Shown here in pieces: positions 35,033-45,028 of a stretch of DNA of 64,000 nt. The position numbers and the translations under genes were made by a program. Each line of letters begins with the position of its first letter. The stretch's first letter is position 1. Source of the DNA: Candidatus Enterousia sp. (GTDB taxonomy: Bacteria > Pseudomonadota > Alphaproteobacteria > Rs-D84). The notes beneath the pieces were generated by a model. It saw only the letters and a program-made list of their open reading frames with translations, made no database searches and had not been told where the DNA came from. The stretch spans positions 3,179 to 67,178 of the forward strand of contig JAZROV010000003.1 of NCBI GenBank assembly GCA_045648885.1. The letters are read 5' to 3'.

Positions 35033-36184
35033 TTATTTATTCCATGTATCTTCACGAATTATTGCTAATAACATACCAAATAAAACGCAATAAGTAATGA
35101 AAGACACACCACCATACGATACAAATGGCAAAGTCATACCTTTGTTTATAAACAAATGCAGGGCCGTCATTAAATTAAAACATATCTGGCCCCCGAACAG
35201 TGCCGCCGCCCCTGTAATCGCATAGATAACAAAATCATCTTTGGCATAGGTCGCATGTTTAATCAATTTATTTAAAATCAAAAATAATAAAACCACCAAT
35301 AAACACGCGCCAATCGCACCCCAATCTTCTGCGATTGCAGAATACACAAAATCGTTCGTTGATTCAGGCAACACGTCTTTCACATATGATTCATCACCAC
35401 TGCCAAACAGCCCACCATGTTTAATAGAATTCAACGAATACCAAACCTGGGTTCGTGGGGCAACAGTGAACATTTGAGCAGCACGCGCACGAACGTGTGG
35501 CATAACTGCAAATGCGGCGGCGGCCATCAAAGCCAACACCCCCAACATAGCCGGTATCAATTTCCATGGCAAACCTGCGACAAACAACATCACAAACAAC
35601 ACGCAAACATAAAGCAATGAATTACCAACGTCTGGATGTCTGAATATAATAAATATACAAATTGCAAATAATATTAAATACGGCCACCAACTGATTTTAT
35701 TTATTTTCCATGCGTTTTTATTTAAGAAAATATCACCACCATATACTTTGTGCATTTTCGCCAAAAACCACGCAGTCAGCATGATAAACGCAGGCTTTAA
35801 AATATCCGCCGGCATGAAAGTTAAACCGCCCAGATTCGCCCAACGACGCGAACCTTTGACAACCATTGGATGTGCAATCGTCAACACCAGCCCAATTAAA
35901 CCAATGACCAACCCAACAACAGATACGCGTATAACCTGTTTTTTATTCAGCATACCGAACCCAAATAAACACACCAGTCCCAACAGATATGCCGGCATAG
36001 CCTTTTGAATAAAATAAAACCATGGTTGTGGCGGAATCATACGTGCCGCCTGGGCAGAACCCGCCGATATCATCGTTATCGCACCGATAAACACCAAAAT
36101 CAACACATAGCCCAGAAGTCTGCGATCTATTTCAAAATACCAACTGGTTAATTTGCTTTCTTCGCCACGTGTGATTCTTAACAT
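35033..36184 (-). CDS. ftsW: SEDS-family peptidoglycan glycosyltransferase FtsW
   Basis: Polytopic SEDS pattern (NDFVYSAIAEDWG, GMTLPFVSYGG). Lies between mraY and murG. Start placed at ATG 36184 after RBS GGTGGGG. Confidence 0.9.
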   Translation of the reverse strand: MLRITRGEESKLTSWYFEIDRRLLGYVLILVFIGAITMISAGSAQAARMIPPQPWFYFIQKAMPAYLLGLVCLFGFGMLNKKQVIRVSVVGLVIGLIGLVLTIAHPMVVKGSRRWANLGGLTFMPADILKPAFIMLTAWFLAKMHKVYGGDIFLNKNAWKINKISWWPYLILFAICIFIIFRHPDVGNSLLYVCVLFVMLFVAGLPWKLIPAMLGVLALMAAAAFAVMPHVRARAAQMFTVAPRTQVWYSLNSIKHGGLFGSGDESYVKDVLPESTNDFVYSAIAEDWGAIGACLLVVLLFLILNKLIKHATYAKDDFVIYAITGAAALFGGQICFNLMTALHLFINKGMTLPFVSYGGVSFITYCVLFGMLLAIIREDTWNK

Positions 36185-36204
36185 TTTCTGCCCCACCTAC
36201 AATT

Positions 36205-37338
36205 TTATGCAAATTTTAACAGCACCAACGCCAATCCCGAAAACAGCACAGACAGAACAAAAAATCTGTCTACGATTTTCGTTTCAGGCCAACCTAATTC
36301 TTCAAAATGATGATGTAATGGCGCACGCAGAAAAATGCGTTTTCCTTCACCTGTCATTTTACGGGTAATTTTGAAATACATTATCTGGGTAAATGAAGAT
36401 AATAAAATCAGAACCATCATGCCTGCGGCAACACCCATTATGATTTCAGATTTTAACAACATCGCTACCGTTCCCATAAATCCGCCCAACGCCAATGACC
36501 CAACATCACCCATGAATATTGATGCAGGTTTTGCGTTAAACCATAAAAATCCCAATACTGCACCGAATGCGGCACCCAACAGAGCATAAAGTGCGCTGGC
36601 TTCTGGTAAAAACATAACCGCATCCATAAAACCTATACGTGTTGCACCATATAACGCAACAGTCAAAACAATCAATACTGGCAAATACAATTTTGCCAAC
36701 ATCCCGTCCAGACCGTCTGTGATATTTGTAGTATTTGCAGAACCACAAATCACAAAATACGCAAACACATAATATAAAAATCCCAATGTCAATGGAATAC
36801 CGAACAAGAAGCCCAATTCTATATTATCCAATGGCAATACTATACTGGACCCCAATACAATAGATAAATTCGGCACATATCCCGGCATAGTTTTATTTAT
36901 AAAATATGCCAACACGATAACACAAACCAATTCCAATCCCAACCGCATCGCGGGTGACAGACCATTTGACGCTTTCTTTGATTGGCTTTTGATTTTCTTG
37001 TAATCGTCTGCAAAACCAATTGCTGCAAACGATAACAGCGCAAACAATGCTATCCATCCTGTTGCATTACGCATCGGCATGAAAAGCAATACCGACACCA
37101 ACATTGCAATAATAATTAAAATACCACCCATTGATGGGGTACCGGCTTTCTTGCGATGTTCGGCAGGGACATTTTCACTGATTGGTTGGCCCTGACCCTG
37201 AATTTTTCGCATAAAACGAATAAAACTGTTTCCGAAAATCAACATTATTGCAAAAGACATACCAAACGCAGCAGCAAATTGAACCCAACCGCTTACGAAA
37301 AATTGATATCCGTGATTTATCATAAAATCTGTCAGCAT
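36205..37338 (-). CDS. mraY: Phospho-N-acetylmuramoyl-pentapeptide transferase
   Basis: HRKKAGTPSMGG, NTTNITDGLDG and the APLHHHFE motifs. Confidence 0.95.
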   Translation of the reverse strand: MLTDFMINHGYQFFVSGWVQFAAAFGMSFAIMLIFGNSFIRFMRKIQGQGQPISENVPAEHRKKAGTPSMGGILIIIAMLVSVLLFMPMRNATGWIALFALLSFAAIGFADDYKKIKSQSKKASNGLSPAMRLGLELVCVIVLAYFINKTMPGYVPNLSIVLGSSIVLPLDNIELGFLFGIPLTLGFLYYVFAYFVICGSANTTNITDGLDGMLAKLYLPVLIVLTVALYGATRIGFMDAVMFLPEASALYALLGAAFGAVLGFLWFNAKPASIFMGDVGSLALGGFMGTVAMLLKSEIIMGVAAGMMVLILLSSFTQIMYFKITRKMTGEGKRIFLRAPLHHHFEELGWPETKIVDRFFVLSVLFSGLALVLLKFA

Positions 37339-37413
37339 AAAAACTCCTTTTCTTCCATACGAAACATTTTATCACAAAAACCAGACCAAATAAACGAATA
37401 TGAAAAAGATAAT

Positions 37414-39468
37414 TTAAAATATACCGCCCAATGTAGGTTTCAGATTATCGTTTTCTGATACTTTCCCTGGATTCGGTTTTTGCCCAGGTTTGAACGCTTC
37501 GTTTATAATTGTACCATTTGGATCTTGGACCGCAGAAACACCACTGTTGCGATTCACACGAACAAATGTCAAACCATCAGGCACAGGGAATGGCTGATTA
37601 CTTTCGCCGTCTAATGCAACTTTCATAAAATCAGCAAACACACGTGCCGCCATGTGCGAACCTGCACCTTTGCCCAATGGCTGGGGCGTATCATAACCTA
37701 AATAAACCCCGGCAATTAAATTTTTTGAAAAACCGACAAACCAAACATCTTTGACATCATTTGTAGTTCCTGTTTTACCTGCAATCGTATGTCCAGGAAC
37801 ACGTGCCTGCTTTCCTGTTCCACGTTCAACTGCACCCTGTAAGATTGAAACCAATTGATATAAACTTTGCGGATCAGATAACGGTTCGCCGTCTTCGTCT
37901 GATGTCGGCGGCAACAAACCAGGATCCCATTCTATTTGCACACTGGGTTTGCCCCCCAAAACATTTCCATATCTGTCTTCGATATAATCGACCATTTGTG
38001 GTTTTATAACATGACCACCATTTACGAACGCAGAATAACCAGACACTAATTTTTCCAGCGTTGTTTCACCCGATCCCAACGCCAAAGATTCATTTAATTT
38101 CCCAGCACTTAAATTTTTTGGATAAACCCCAAATCGTTGCGCTGTTTCAATAGCGTCTCCTACACCAATTTCTTCAACCAAACGAACCGTCGGGACATTC
38201 CGTGATGTTTCCAACGAAAAACGCAATGTGATATCACCTAAAAATTTTCGGTCGTAATTTTCAGGTTTCCATTCACGATTATTTTCACGCCACCCAACCA
38301 CTGGCGCGTCTAAAATCAAAGACTGGGGTCCATAACCTTTTTCCAGCGCAGACAAATACACAAACGGTTTTATCGTAGAACCAATTTGACGATACGCCTG
38401 GGTCGCACGATTAAAAGAACTTTCTATGAACGAACGACCGCCCACCATGGCCAATATACGCCCGGTATGTGGATTCATGGCAATTATCGCCCCTTGAAGT
38501 TTTGGTTCGCCATTTTGTTTGTTTTTGTTAAAATCATCTAATTCTTTGGATAATGCCGCCGCCGCCGCACGTTGATATTCTGGGATAATAGTGGTTTTGA
38601 TGTACAAACCTTCGTTATACAAAGTTTCACGACCGATTTTTTCCAACAATTTACGACGAACATCTTCTGCAAAATATTGAAAATCCATTTCCATTTGTTC
38701 TGTGAATCCAGAATTTATATTTAATGGCTGGGCAGCTGCAATTTGTGCCTCTTCTTTTGTCACAAAACCATCTTGGACCATACGACGCAAAACATAATTA
38801 CGACGTTCAACCGCACGATTTCTGTCGTTTGGCGCTTTCGGCAATGATGCTAAAAAAGCACATTCTGCCAAAGTTAAATCTTTCACAGGTTTGTTAAAAT
38901 ACATCAACGCAGCAGACCCAACCCCATATGCACGCGCACCCAAAAATATCTGATTCAGATAAAGCGTCATTATGTGTTGCTTTGAAAAACTGCGTTCCAG
39001 ACGCAGGGCCAAAATGACCTCTTTAATTTTACGAGACATCGTCCGGTCAGATGTTAAAAAGAAATTTTTTGCCACCTGTTGTGTGATTGTCGATGCACCT
39101 GTGAATTTAGCATTAAACCCCAGCAATCGCACAGTATTATTCAATGACGCACGAATAATTCCACGCAAATCAATCCCAGGATGTGTCCAGAAATTTTGAT
39201 CTTCGGCTGCAACAAATGCGTTCACCAGTTGTTTCGGCATATCTTCGAAATCAATAAACACGCGCCGTTCAGCCGCATATTCAATCAACAAAGAACCATC
39301 GGCCGCATACAAACGCGTTGCCACAGGTGGCGCGTATGTCGCCAAATTTTTATAATCTGGCAAATCATTACCATACACCAAAACCAAAGTCGCCAAACCC
39401 GCAATACCGGCGACAACACACCAAAATATTGCACCTATGAAATAATGAAAGGCCTTTCTGAATTTCAT
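37414..39468 (-). CDS. mrcA: Class A penicillin-binding protein (PBP1A-type transglycosylase/transpeptidase)
   Basis: GT51 motifs (EDQNFWTHPGIDLRG, GASTITQQVAKN) and transpeptidase motifs STIKPF and KTGTTN. Confidence 0.92.
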   Translation of the reverse strand: MKFRKAFHYFIGAIFWCVVAGIAGLATLVLVYGNDLPDYKNLATYAPPVATRLYAADGSLLIEYAAERRVFIDFEDMPKQLVNAFVAAEDQNFWTHPGIDLRGIIRASLNNTVRLLGFNAKFTGASTITQQVAKNFFLTSDRTMSRKIKEVILALRLERSFSKQHIMTLYLNQIFLGARAYGVGSAALMYFNKPVKDLTLAECAFLASLPKAPNDRNRAVERRNYVLRRMVQDGFVTKEEAQIAAAQPLNINSGFTEQMEMDFQYFAEDVRRKLLEKIGRETLYNEGLYIKTTIIPEYQRAAAAALSKELDDFNKNKQNGEPKLQGAIIAMNPHTGRILAMVGGRSFIESSFNRATQAYRQIGSTIKPFVYLSALEKGYGPQSLILDAPVVGWRENNREWKPENYDRKFLGDITLRFSLETSRNVPTVRLVEEIGVGDAIETAQRFGVYPKNLSAGKLNESLALGSGETTLEKLVSGYSAFVNGGHVIKPQMVDYIEDRYGNVLGGKPSVQIEWDPGLLPPTSDEDGEPLSDPQSLYQLVSILQGAVERGTGKQARVPGHTIAGKTGTTNDVKDVWFVGFSKNLIAGVYLGYDTPQPLGKGAGSHMAARVFADFMKVALDGESNQPFPVPDGLTFVRVNRNSGVSAVQDPNGTIINEAFKPGQKPNPGKVSENDNLKPTLGGIF

Positions 39469-39546
39469 AAGATTGATTGTATTTTAAATATTTATATTTT
39501 GCAAGTAATGTTTAATAAAAAAACCGGTTTGATACCGGTTTAAATC

Positions 39547-40257
39547 TTATATTTCAACACTGGCATTCGTGGCGATTATATCGCCCCCACGCTCAAACAC
39601 GCGACCACCCGCTTCGCGTACTAATAATTCGCCTGCGGCCATTTCTGCATAATCTAATGGGTCAGAAACAAACGCGTCCATTTTACCCGCGGCAACCCAC
39701 GCCAAATCCAGCGCAGGGCAACCCGTTTCACGCGCAACACCACTGACAATCGGGCGCACCCCAGTTGTATTATAACCAATTGTCAAATCAGCCGGTTCTT
39801 TCAACGCAGATACACGAATTTTTTCAGAATGGTATGCGCTGAACACATATGCGCCGTTTTCAGATTCTGCGTAATACAAACGTTCGTCAATCGGCGAATA
39901 AACCAATGCGATTTTTGTTTCACCATTCGTCCGCAGCGCCAAAGATATTGCAAAATGCGGATTTCCACGAACAAAATTCGCAGCCCCAGATAATGCCAAC
40001 ACAAATTCGTCACGACCATCGCCAACCTTTGACACATCGGGGGTCAACAAACCCGCACTGGGACGAACCAATTGCAAATCTGATAAAATACTTTCTTCGA
40101 TTCGTGCAGACGCCTTTGCAACAAAATCGCGCGCACTGGGCAAAGATTGCTGAAGATTTTCAACTTCACCAAAATCATGCCGCAAACCCATTGCAGTATT
40201 CTGCAACGCTGCGAACATTTTGTTTAATTCCGTTGAACCTTTAATCAGCAATTCCAT
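39547..40257 (-). CDS. Inositol monophosphatase/SuhB-family homologue with degenerate metal-binding motifs
   Basis: Co-linear with the SuhB pattern (NFVRGNPHFAISLAL, ALDLAWVAAGKMDAF, AAGELLVREAGG). The DPxDGT motif reads LALSGA here. Confidence 0.75.
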   Translation of the reverse strand: MELLIKGSTELNKMFAALQNTAMGLRHDFGEVENLQQSLPSARDFVAKASARIEESILSDLQLVRPSAGLLTPDVSKVGDGRDEFVLALSGAANFVRGNPHFAISLALRTNGETKIALVYSPIDERLYYAESENGAYVFSAYHSEKIRVSALKEPADLTIGYNTTGVRPIVSGVARETGCPALDLAWVAAGKMDAFVSDPLDYAEMAAGELLVREAGGRVFERGGDIIATNASVEI

Positions 40258-40275
40258 ATCAAACCGCCCGAAATA

Positions 40276-40488
40276 TTAGAATTTAAAGCCTGCAAATTTG
40301 CTTTTGAATTCAGCAGCGCGTTTACCCTTTACGCCTTCGTTATTGCGTTGACCAGTCCACGCAGGATGATTCAAATTATCTGTAGACAACACCAAATCTT
40401 TTTTAACCGAAGAATACATTTTCACGGTTTTTCCATCAGTAGTTGTGACATTTATTTCATGATATTCTGGATGAATTCCTTGTTTCAT
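40276..40488 (-). CDS. rpmE: 50S ribosomal protein L31
   Basis: Starts MKQGIHPEYHEINVTTTDG...; 70 aa; no CxxC zinc motif. Confidence 0.9.
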   Translation of the reverse strand: MKQGIHPEYHEINVTTTDGKTVKMYSSVKKDLVLSTDNLNHPAWTGQRNNEGVKGKRAAEFKSKFAGFKF

Positions 40489-40584
40489 CGTTTTGTCCTT
40501 TTTTTATAAATTACCCGTAATAGCGCAAAGATTATACCTGGTTTTTTCGTAAAATCAAGATAAAGTTGTTCAAACAGACTTGTT

Positions 40585-41094
40585 TTAATATTGTCCGATG
40601 CAGCCCAAATAAGAATTACCCGTAGATTCCAATATATTTATAAATTGATTCTGATTTTTCCCAGAAAACAGCGCCAACACAGTCCCTGCATCCGTTGCCA
40701 ACATATCTGCAACCGTTGCAATCGAAGAATTCATTTTTTTGAAAAAACCACTGGTTGGATGAATTTCAGCCGCCAATAATTGATTCCGACCATGCAATTT
40801 TGCGTTTTCTTCGGCAACAATGACCATCAATTGACATTCCGGGGATACAATCATTTTTTCAACAATAACACCGCCACCACCCAGCAATTCACCCCACCAA
40901 CCCGTCGATTCGCAAAATACAGGATAATAAACCGTCGCCTGGGGGTTTTTATCAAAAATTTCCACGATATCCAAATTATCCGTTATCACATCAGGCATCA
41001 TACCGGTATCGGCATTTATAACCTTGCGCGACAACTGGTAATCAGTATCGCCATTCGTTTTTTTTGGCCAATAAAGAATCGGAAACTTTCTCAT
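40585..41094 (-). CDS. Hypothetical protein (169 aa)
   Basis: Intact ORF, with CTGATATAAT upstream on the minus strand. Confidence 0.5.
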   Translation of the reverse strand: MRKFPILYWPKKTNGDTDYQLSRKVINADTGMMPDVITDNLDIVEIFDKNPQATVYYPVFCESTGWWGELLGGGGVIVEKMIVSPECQLMVIVAEENAKLHGRNQLLAAEIHPTSGFFKKMNSSIATVADMLATDAGTVLALFSGKNQNQFINILESTGNSYLGCIGQY

Positions 41095-41163
41095 CAGTGA
41101 GAATTATATCAGATTCGGTTGTGATAAAAAAGGGGGGGTAAGTTAAATAAAGCACTTGATTTT

Positions 41164-42456
41164 TTATTTTTTTATGGCTTCGCCCCATTTTTTAAGGTTT
41201 TTCCACATTGTATCTAAGTCTTTTTTAGCAGTCTGATAGTATTTATCAGAGATTTTTATCTTGAATAACATATCTGTCAATTGCGGAATCATCGTCATAA
41301 ACATCGCAATAAATATCCCCATCAAAATCGTGGTTATAATGCTGTTATTCTGCAACAGCAAGCCATCCAGGAATATTTTCGAATCGTTTTGCGCAATCGA
41401 TTGAGCAATAACATTTGCACCCGACCAATCTCCGAATGCTGCATTTAAAAACATTATTGAAAAAGTCAAAAATATAACCGTCAACGCGATTCCTACGACT
41501 GCTTTGATTACATCATCTATCATTTTGCGAATCGTTTGACCACCCTGGGGGAATATTTTGAATTCATCTTCGTCAAACATCCACGCCATCAACATCAAAG
41601 GCAACATTATCAAATCCATAGATAATTTCACAAATATTTCCAAAAAATACAGTGGTATCGGCAACAACGCATAAAAATACAACACCAATATCAATATTCC
41701 ACCCAACAACAATGGTATATTCGGAAATATCGGCACATTGAATAAAATTTTATGTTGATACTCTGCATTAAACGCCATATTCATCATTGTCCAACCGACC
41801 GTCATGCCCAGACCAGTTATTTGATGCACATTTGCAATCTGGCACGCCAATTGATGCCGCAATTTTGGAGAAAACGCACCGTACGCCGCCGCCCCACCAG
41901 ACACAGAAACAGGATCAGCAATCGCCGTAGCAACCATACATTCTGCAAAATTATCATTGTTTGAAACCATATAATCAAACGAAGTCCCCAATGTCAGCGC
42001 AGGTTCAATAAACACGCCCGTTATCAATCGTGGCAGTGGCATCAACAACAACCCCGCCAACACCGCCAATTTCACAACGTATGTGTTGAAATTGCCAATC
42101 AGTTTTGACCCAGATTCCATTTTTCCATTTATCTGATTTGAAAACAAACGCCACGCAACCAATACCGCCAACAGCGTCGCAGACATCGGTATTACTACAA
42201 AACCCAAACCACGATATACCCCCGGCAACAAATTAGACATCGCAATCATAACATCTGAAAATATTTGGCATGTCCAACACGAAGAAAAAAAATCAAACGC
42301 ATCCGCCATATTTACCGGTGCCAAACTGCGCCAAATTGAAACACCCAATATTCCGACACCCGCTGCAATACCACCGATTGCCAACGGCGCCAGCGCCCAT
42401 GCACCCCCCGGTACCAATGCCACCAACACCAACCAAATTTTTTTTAGCGTTTTCAT
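41164..42456 (-). CDS. Polytopic membrane protein, VirB6/TrbL-like paralogue a (divergent from b-e)
   Basis: Signal/TM start MKTLKKIWLVLVALVPGGAWA (ATG 42456). N-terminal CWTCQIFSDV motif, many TM helices, and a central LPLMLMAWMF segment resembling the VirB6 P....F core. Confidence 0.55.
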   Translation of the reverse strand: MKTLKKIWLVLVALVPGGAWALAPLAIGGIAAGVGILGVSIWRSLAPVNMADAFDFFSSCWTCQIFSDVMIAMSNLLPGVYRGLGFVVIPMSATLLAVLVAWRLFSNQINGKMESGSKLIGNFNTYVVKLAVLAGLLLMPLPRLITGVFIEPALTLGTSFDYMVSNNDNFAECMVATAIADPVSVSGGAAAYGAFSPKLRHQLACQIANVHQITGLGMTVGWTMMNMAFNAEYQHKILFNVPIFPNIPLLLGGILILVLYFYALLPIPLYFLEIFVKLSMDLIMLPLMLMAWMFDEDEFKIFPQGGQTIRKMIDDVIKAVVGIALTVIFLTFSIMFLNAAFGDWSGANVIAQSIAQNDSKIFLDGLLLQNNSIITTILMGIFIAMFMTMIPQLTDMLFKIKISDKYYQTAKKDLDTMWKNLKKWGEAIKK

Positions 42457-42525
42457 AATTTTAATTATACCACAAATTATTTTAAATGTGATATAATTCA
42501 ATAGATAAATAATATAAAAGAGAGA

Positions 42526-43836
42526 ATGTTCATTAAAAACACGCGAATTTCACGGTTTTTTAGATATATCCCAAAAATCTTTGGGATTGTGTGTGTTGCT
42601 TTTTTGTTTGGGGCAACACCTGCACGGGCTGATATTCTGGACGCATATAATCTGGCACCGTTTGTTCCATTGGTTTTGGAAAGCATGATGAACATCGCAA
42701 CATCGCTTTATAAATTTTTTGTTGGTAATGGAACAGGCCTGATTTACATTTTGATTTACGTGTTCTTGGGATTTTATATCAGTTTATATCTGGCAAAAAT
42801 GTTTTTACCAAAAGATTGGCTGTCGTTTTTTGGTTTTTCAAATGGTGGCGAAATATGGTCCGGGGCATCGGGTTGGTCAATTGCAGAAAATGTTGCGAAA
42901 CCATGTGTCCGTGTTATTTTTGCGTGTATAATATTGTTGCAAATAAAACCTGTATATGTGACAAAATGGTTGGTAGATCCATTTTTAGAGTTCGGTTCAA
43001 TCTACACAGAACAGATTTTAAAAACAATCAATCGTTCTTCGATATCCGCATCTGATGCACCGGTTTGCCCTGTATCAATTCAAGAATCGGGGTGGATATC
43101 AAAGCGTAGTTGTGATTTTTTGGTTAAACCTGTTTATATAATTTCCAAAGAAAACAATCGCGTTATAAAATATGGTCTGAATTTTTTAAAAACCGGTCTG
43201 GCAGGTTTGATGACTTTGATTCCACATGGCGGAGAAAATATTTTAAACATTATTTCGGGTTTAACTTTGTTGACTGCGTTTATATCTGCGAATTTATTTA
43301 TGGCACTGCTGATTATCCAGGCGATATTTGATTTTTGTTTATCATTGATACTGTATCCGTTTAATGTGTTGATGTGGGTCGGAAAAAAATCAGACAAATG
43401 GTTGGATTTTTTACCTGTGTTCAATCAAATCATTGATGCATTAAAGAAATTGATTATCACTATGATTGCATGCGCGTTTATTTTGTGTATAAATCTGGCG
43501 ATTGTTCGTGCACTGTTTAATTGGACTTCGTCAGTTTTTGTTGTGGCAACAAGTGGCGTCGCATCATCAAATGTGCCGTCAATTACAAATACAGCCATGA
43601 ATTTTGGTCAACATTCTATTTTATGGATATCGTCAATTTTGACATTCTTTTTGATGCAAAATATTTTCAAAATGACACGCGAGAGATTAGATTTATACAC
43701 CAACAGAAAACCACACGACCTGGACCTTTACAACAATGTGTCTGGGGATATAAAAACCGTGTGGGGCAAAGTGAAATCAACACCAAAGACGATAGAAACT
43801 ATCTGGCATGGTGGCAAAAAACTGGCAGGCAAATAA
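42526..43836 (+). CDS. Polytopic membrane protein, VirB6/TrbL-like paralogue b
   Basis: Promoter TGTGATATAAT at 42487..42497. Signal-like N-terminus, multiple TM helices, central LILYPFNVLMWVGKKSDKW. Confidence 0.55.
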   Translation: MFIKNTRISRFFRYIPKIFGIVCVAFLFGATPARADILDAYNLAPFVPLVLESMMNIATSLYKFFVGNGTGLIYILIYVFLGFYISLYLAKMFLPKDWLSFFGFSNGGEIWSGASGWSIAENVAKPCVRVIFACIILLQIKPVYVTKWLVDPFLEFGSIYTEQILKTINRSSISASDAPVCPVSIQESGWISKRSCDFLVKPVYIISKENNRVIKYGLNFLKTGLAGLMTLIPHGGENILNIISGLTLLTAFISANLFMALLIIQAIFDFCLSLILYPFNVLMWVGKKSDKWLDFLPVFNQIIDALKKLIITMIACAFILCINLAIVRALFNWTSSVFVVATSGVASSNVPSITNTAMNFGQHSILWISSILTFFLMQNIFKMTRERLDLYTNRKPHDLDLYNNVSGDIKTVWGKVKSTPKTIETIWHGGKKLAGK

Positions 43837-43840
43837 ACAT

Positions 43841-45028
43841 ATGGAACAAATTGGTAATTTCTTTATAGATACTACTATGAAATGTTGGGCATGTCCCATC
43901 TTTGACAATTTGTTTGTGATTATTTCTGATGCTGCGGGCAAAATGTACAAACAATTGACTGTGTTTGGGGTTATCATATTCTGCATTTTATTTTCTTTCT
44001 TTGTAATAAACGCAGTATGGGAAAATATCAAAAGCAAAGAACCTGATAATTTTTTCAAAAAATCAATAAAGCCTGTTGTAATAAAAGCGTTGATTGCATT
44101 GTCTTTGTTGGGTATGGGGCTTCAAGTGCCGCGGCTTATTTCTAAAATTACATTCGAACCTGTTGCTGCGGTTACATTGGAATTTTCAAAAGTGATGATT
44201 CCGACCGATTATCCGATAACCAAAGATTATCAAAAAATAGAATTAAAAAATGATGGTTTTTTTACACCAAAATTACGTGACACAATTCTTGATTTGATAC
44301 AAACCAGCATCGCAAATTTCCAAGTCTATGTAAAAATTGGCTTAAACATTATGGACAGTGCTTTTTCGCTTAAAAGCCTGATTTATATTGGTTCATTGGT
44401 GAAACATATTATAGTGTTTTTCATAGGTGCACTTTTGACATATAATTTTGTTCGATTGTTTATAAAATATTCATTTTGTTTTATGGATATCATTATTGCG
44501 ATGGCAATGTTCGCGTTCTTTTTCCCATTGTCGATAATATTTTTCATATTCAAAGGTGCAGATAATTTACCCGGATGGATGAAAAGTTTTGGCGGCGATT
44601 TAGGTTCAGGTCAAATCAAATCATTGATAAATGCGATTGTATCTGTGGCGGCTGCGATATTGGGATATACAATTATTATGATGATTATCCGTGGATATTT
44701 AAATTCAAATGGGGTTGATATAAATGCTTTCCATGCGAACATAGAAACTTTGTTTGATTTTGATTTAGAAAATTCGAATGCAATGCAAATAACATTCGCA
44801 GGCGCAATCGTTTTGGTTTATGTTATTCGATATATCGCAGACGAAATTCCAAAAATAACCAATAAAATTTTGGAAACTTTCAATTTATCAATGAACGATT
44901 CTGCATCCAAAGAGATGGGCGAAAATATGTTAAAATTGACAACTGTGGTTGCAAAAGAAGCAAAAGAAATTGCATCTGCGATTATAAATCCAGAGGCAGC
45001 GTCTAAGAAAGAAGAAAAGAAAAAATGA
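43841..45028 (+). CDS. Polytopic membrane protein, VirB6/TrbL-like paralogue c
   Basis: ATG 43841 lies a few nt after the stop of b. N-terminal MKCWACPIFDNLF motif. Central FFFPLSIIFFIFKGADNLPGW. Confidence 0.55.
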   Translation: MEQIGNFFIDTTMKCWACPIFDNLFVIISDAAGKMYKQLTVFGVIIFCILFSFFVINAVWENIKSKEPDNFFKKSIKPVVIKALIALSLLGMGLQVPRLISKITFEPVAAVTLEFSKVMIPTDYPITKDYQKIELKNDGFFTPKLRDTILDLIQTSIANFQVYVKIGLNIMDSAFSLKSLIYIGSLVKHIIVFFIGALLTYNFVRLFIKYSFCFMDIIIAMAMFAFFFPLSIIFFIFKGADNLPGWMKSFGGDLGSGQIKSLINAIVSVAAAILGYTIIMMIIRGYLNSNGVDINAFHANIETLFDFDLENSNAMQITFAGAIVLVYVIRYIADEIPKITNKILETFNLSMNDSASKEMGENMLKLTTVVAKEAKEIASAIINPEAASKKEEKKK

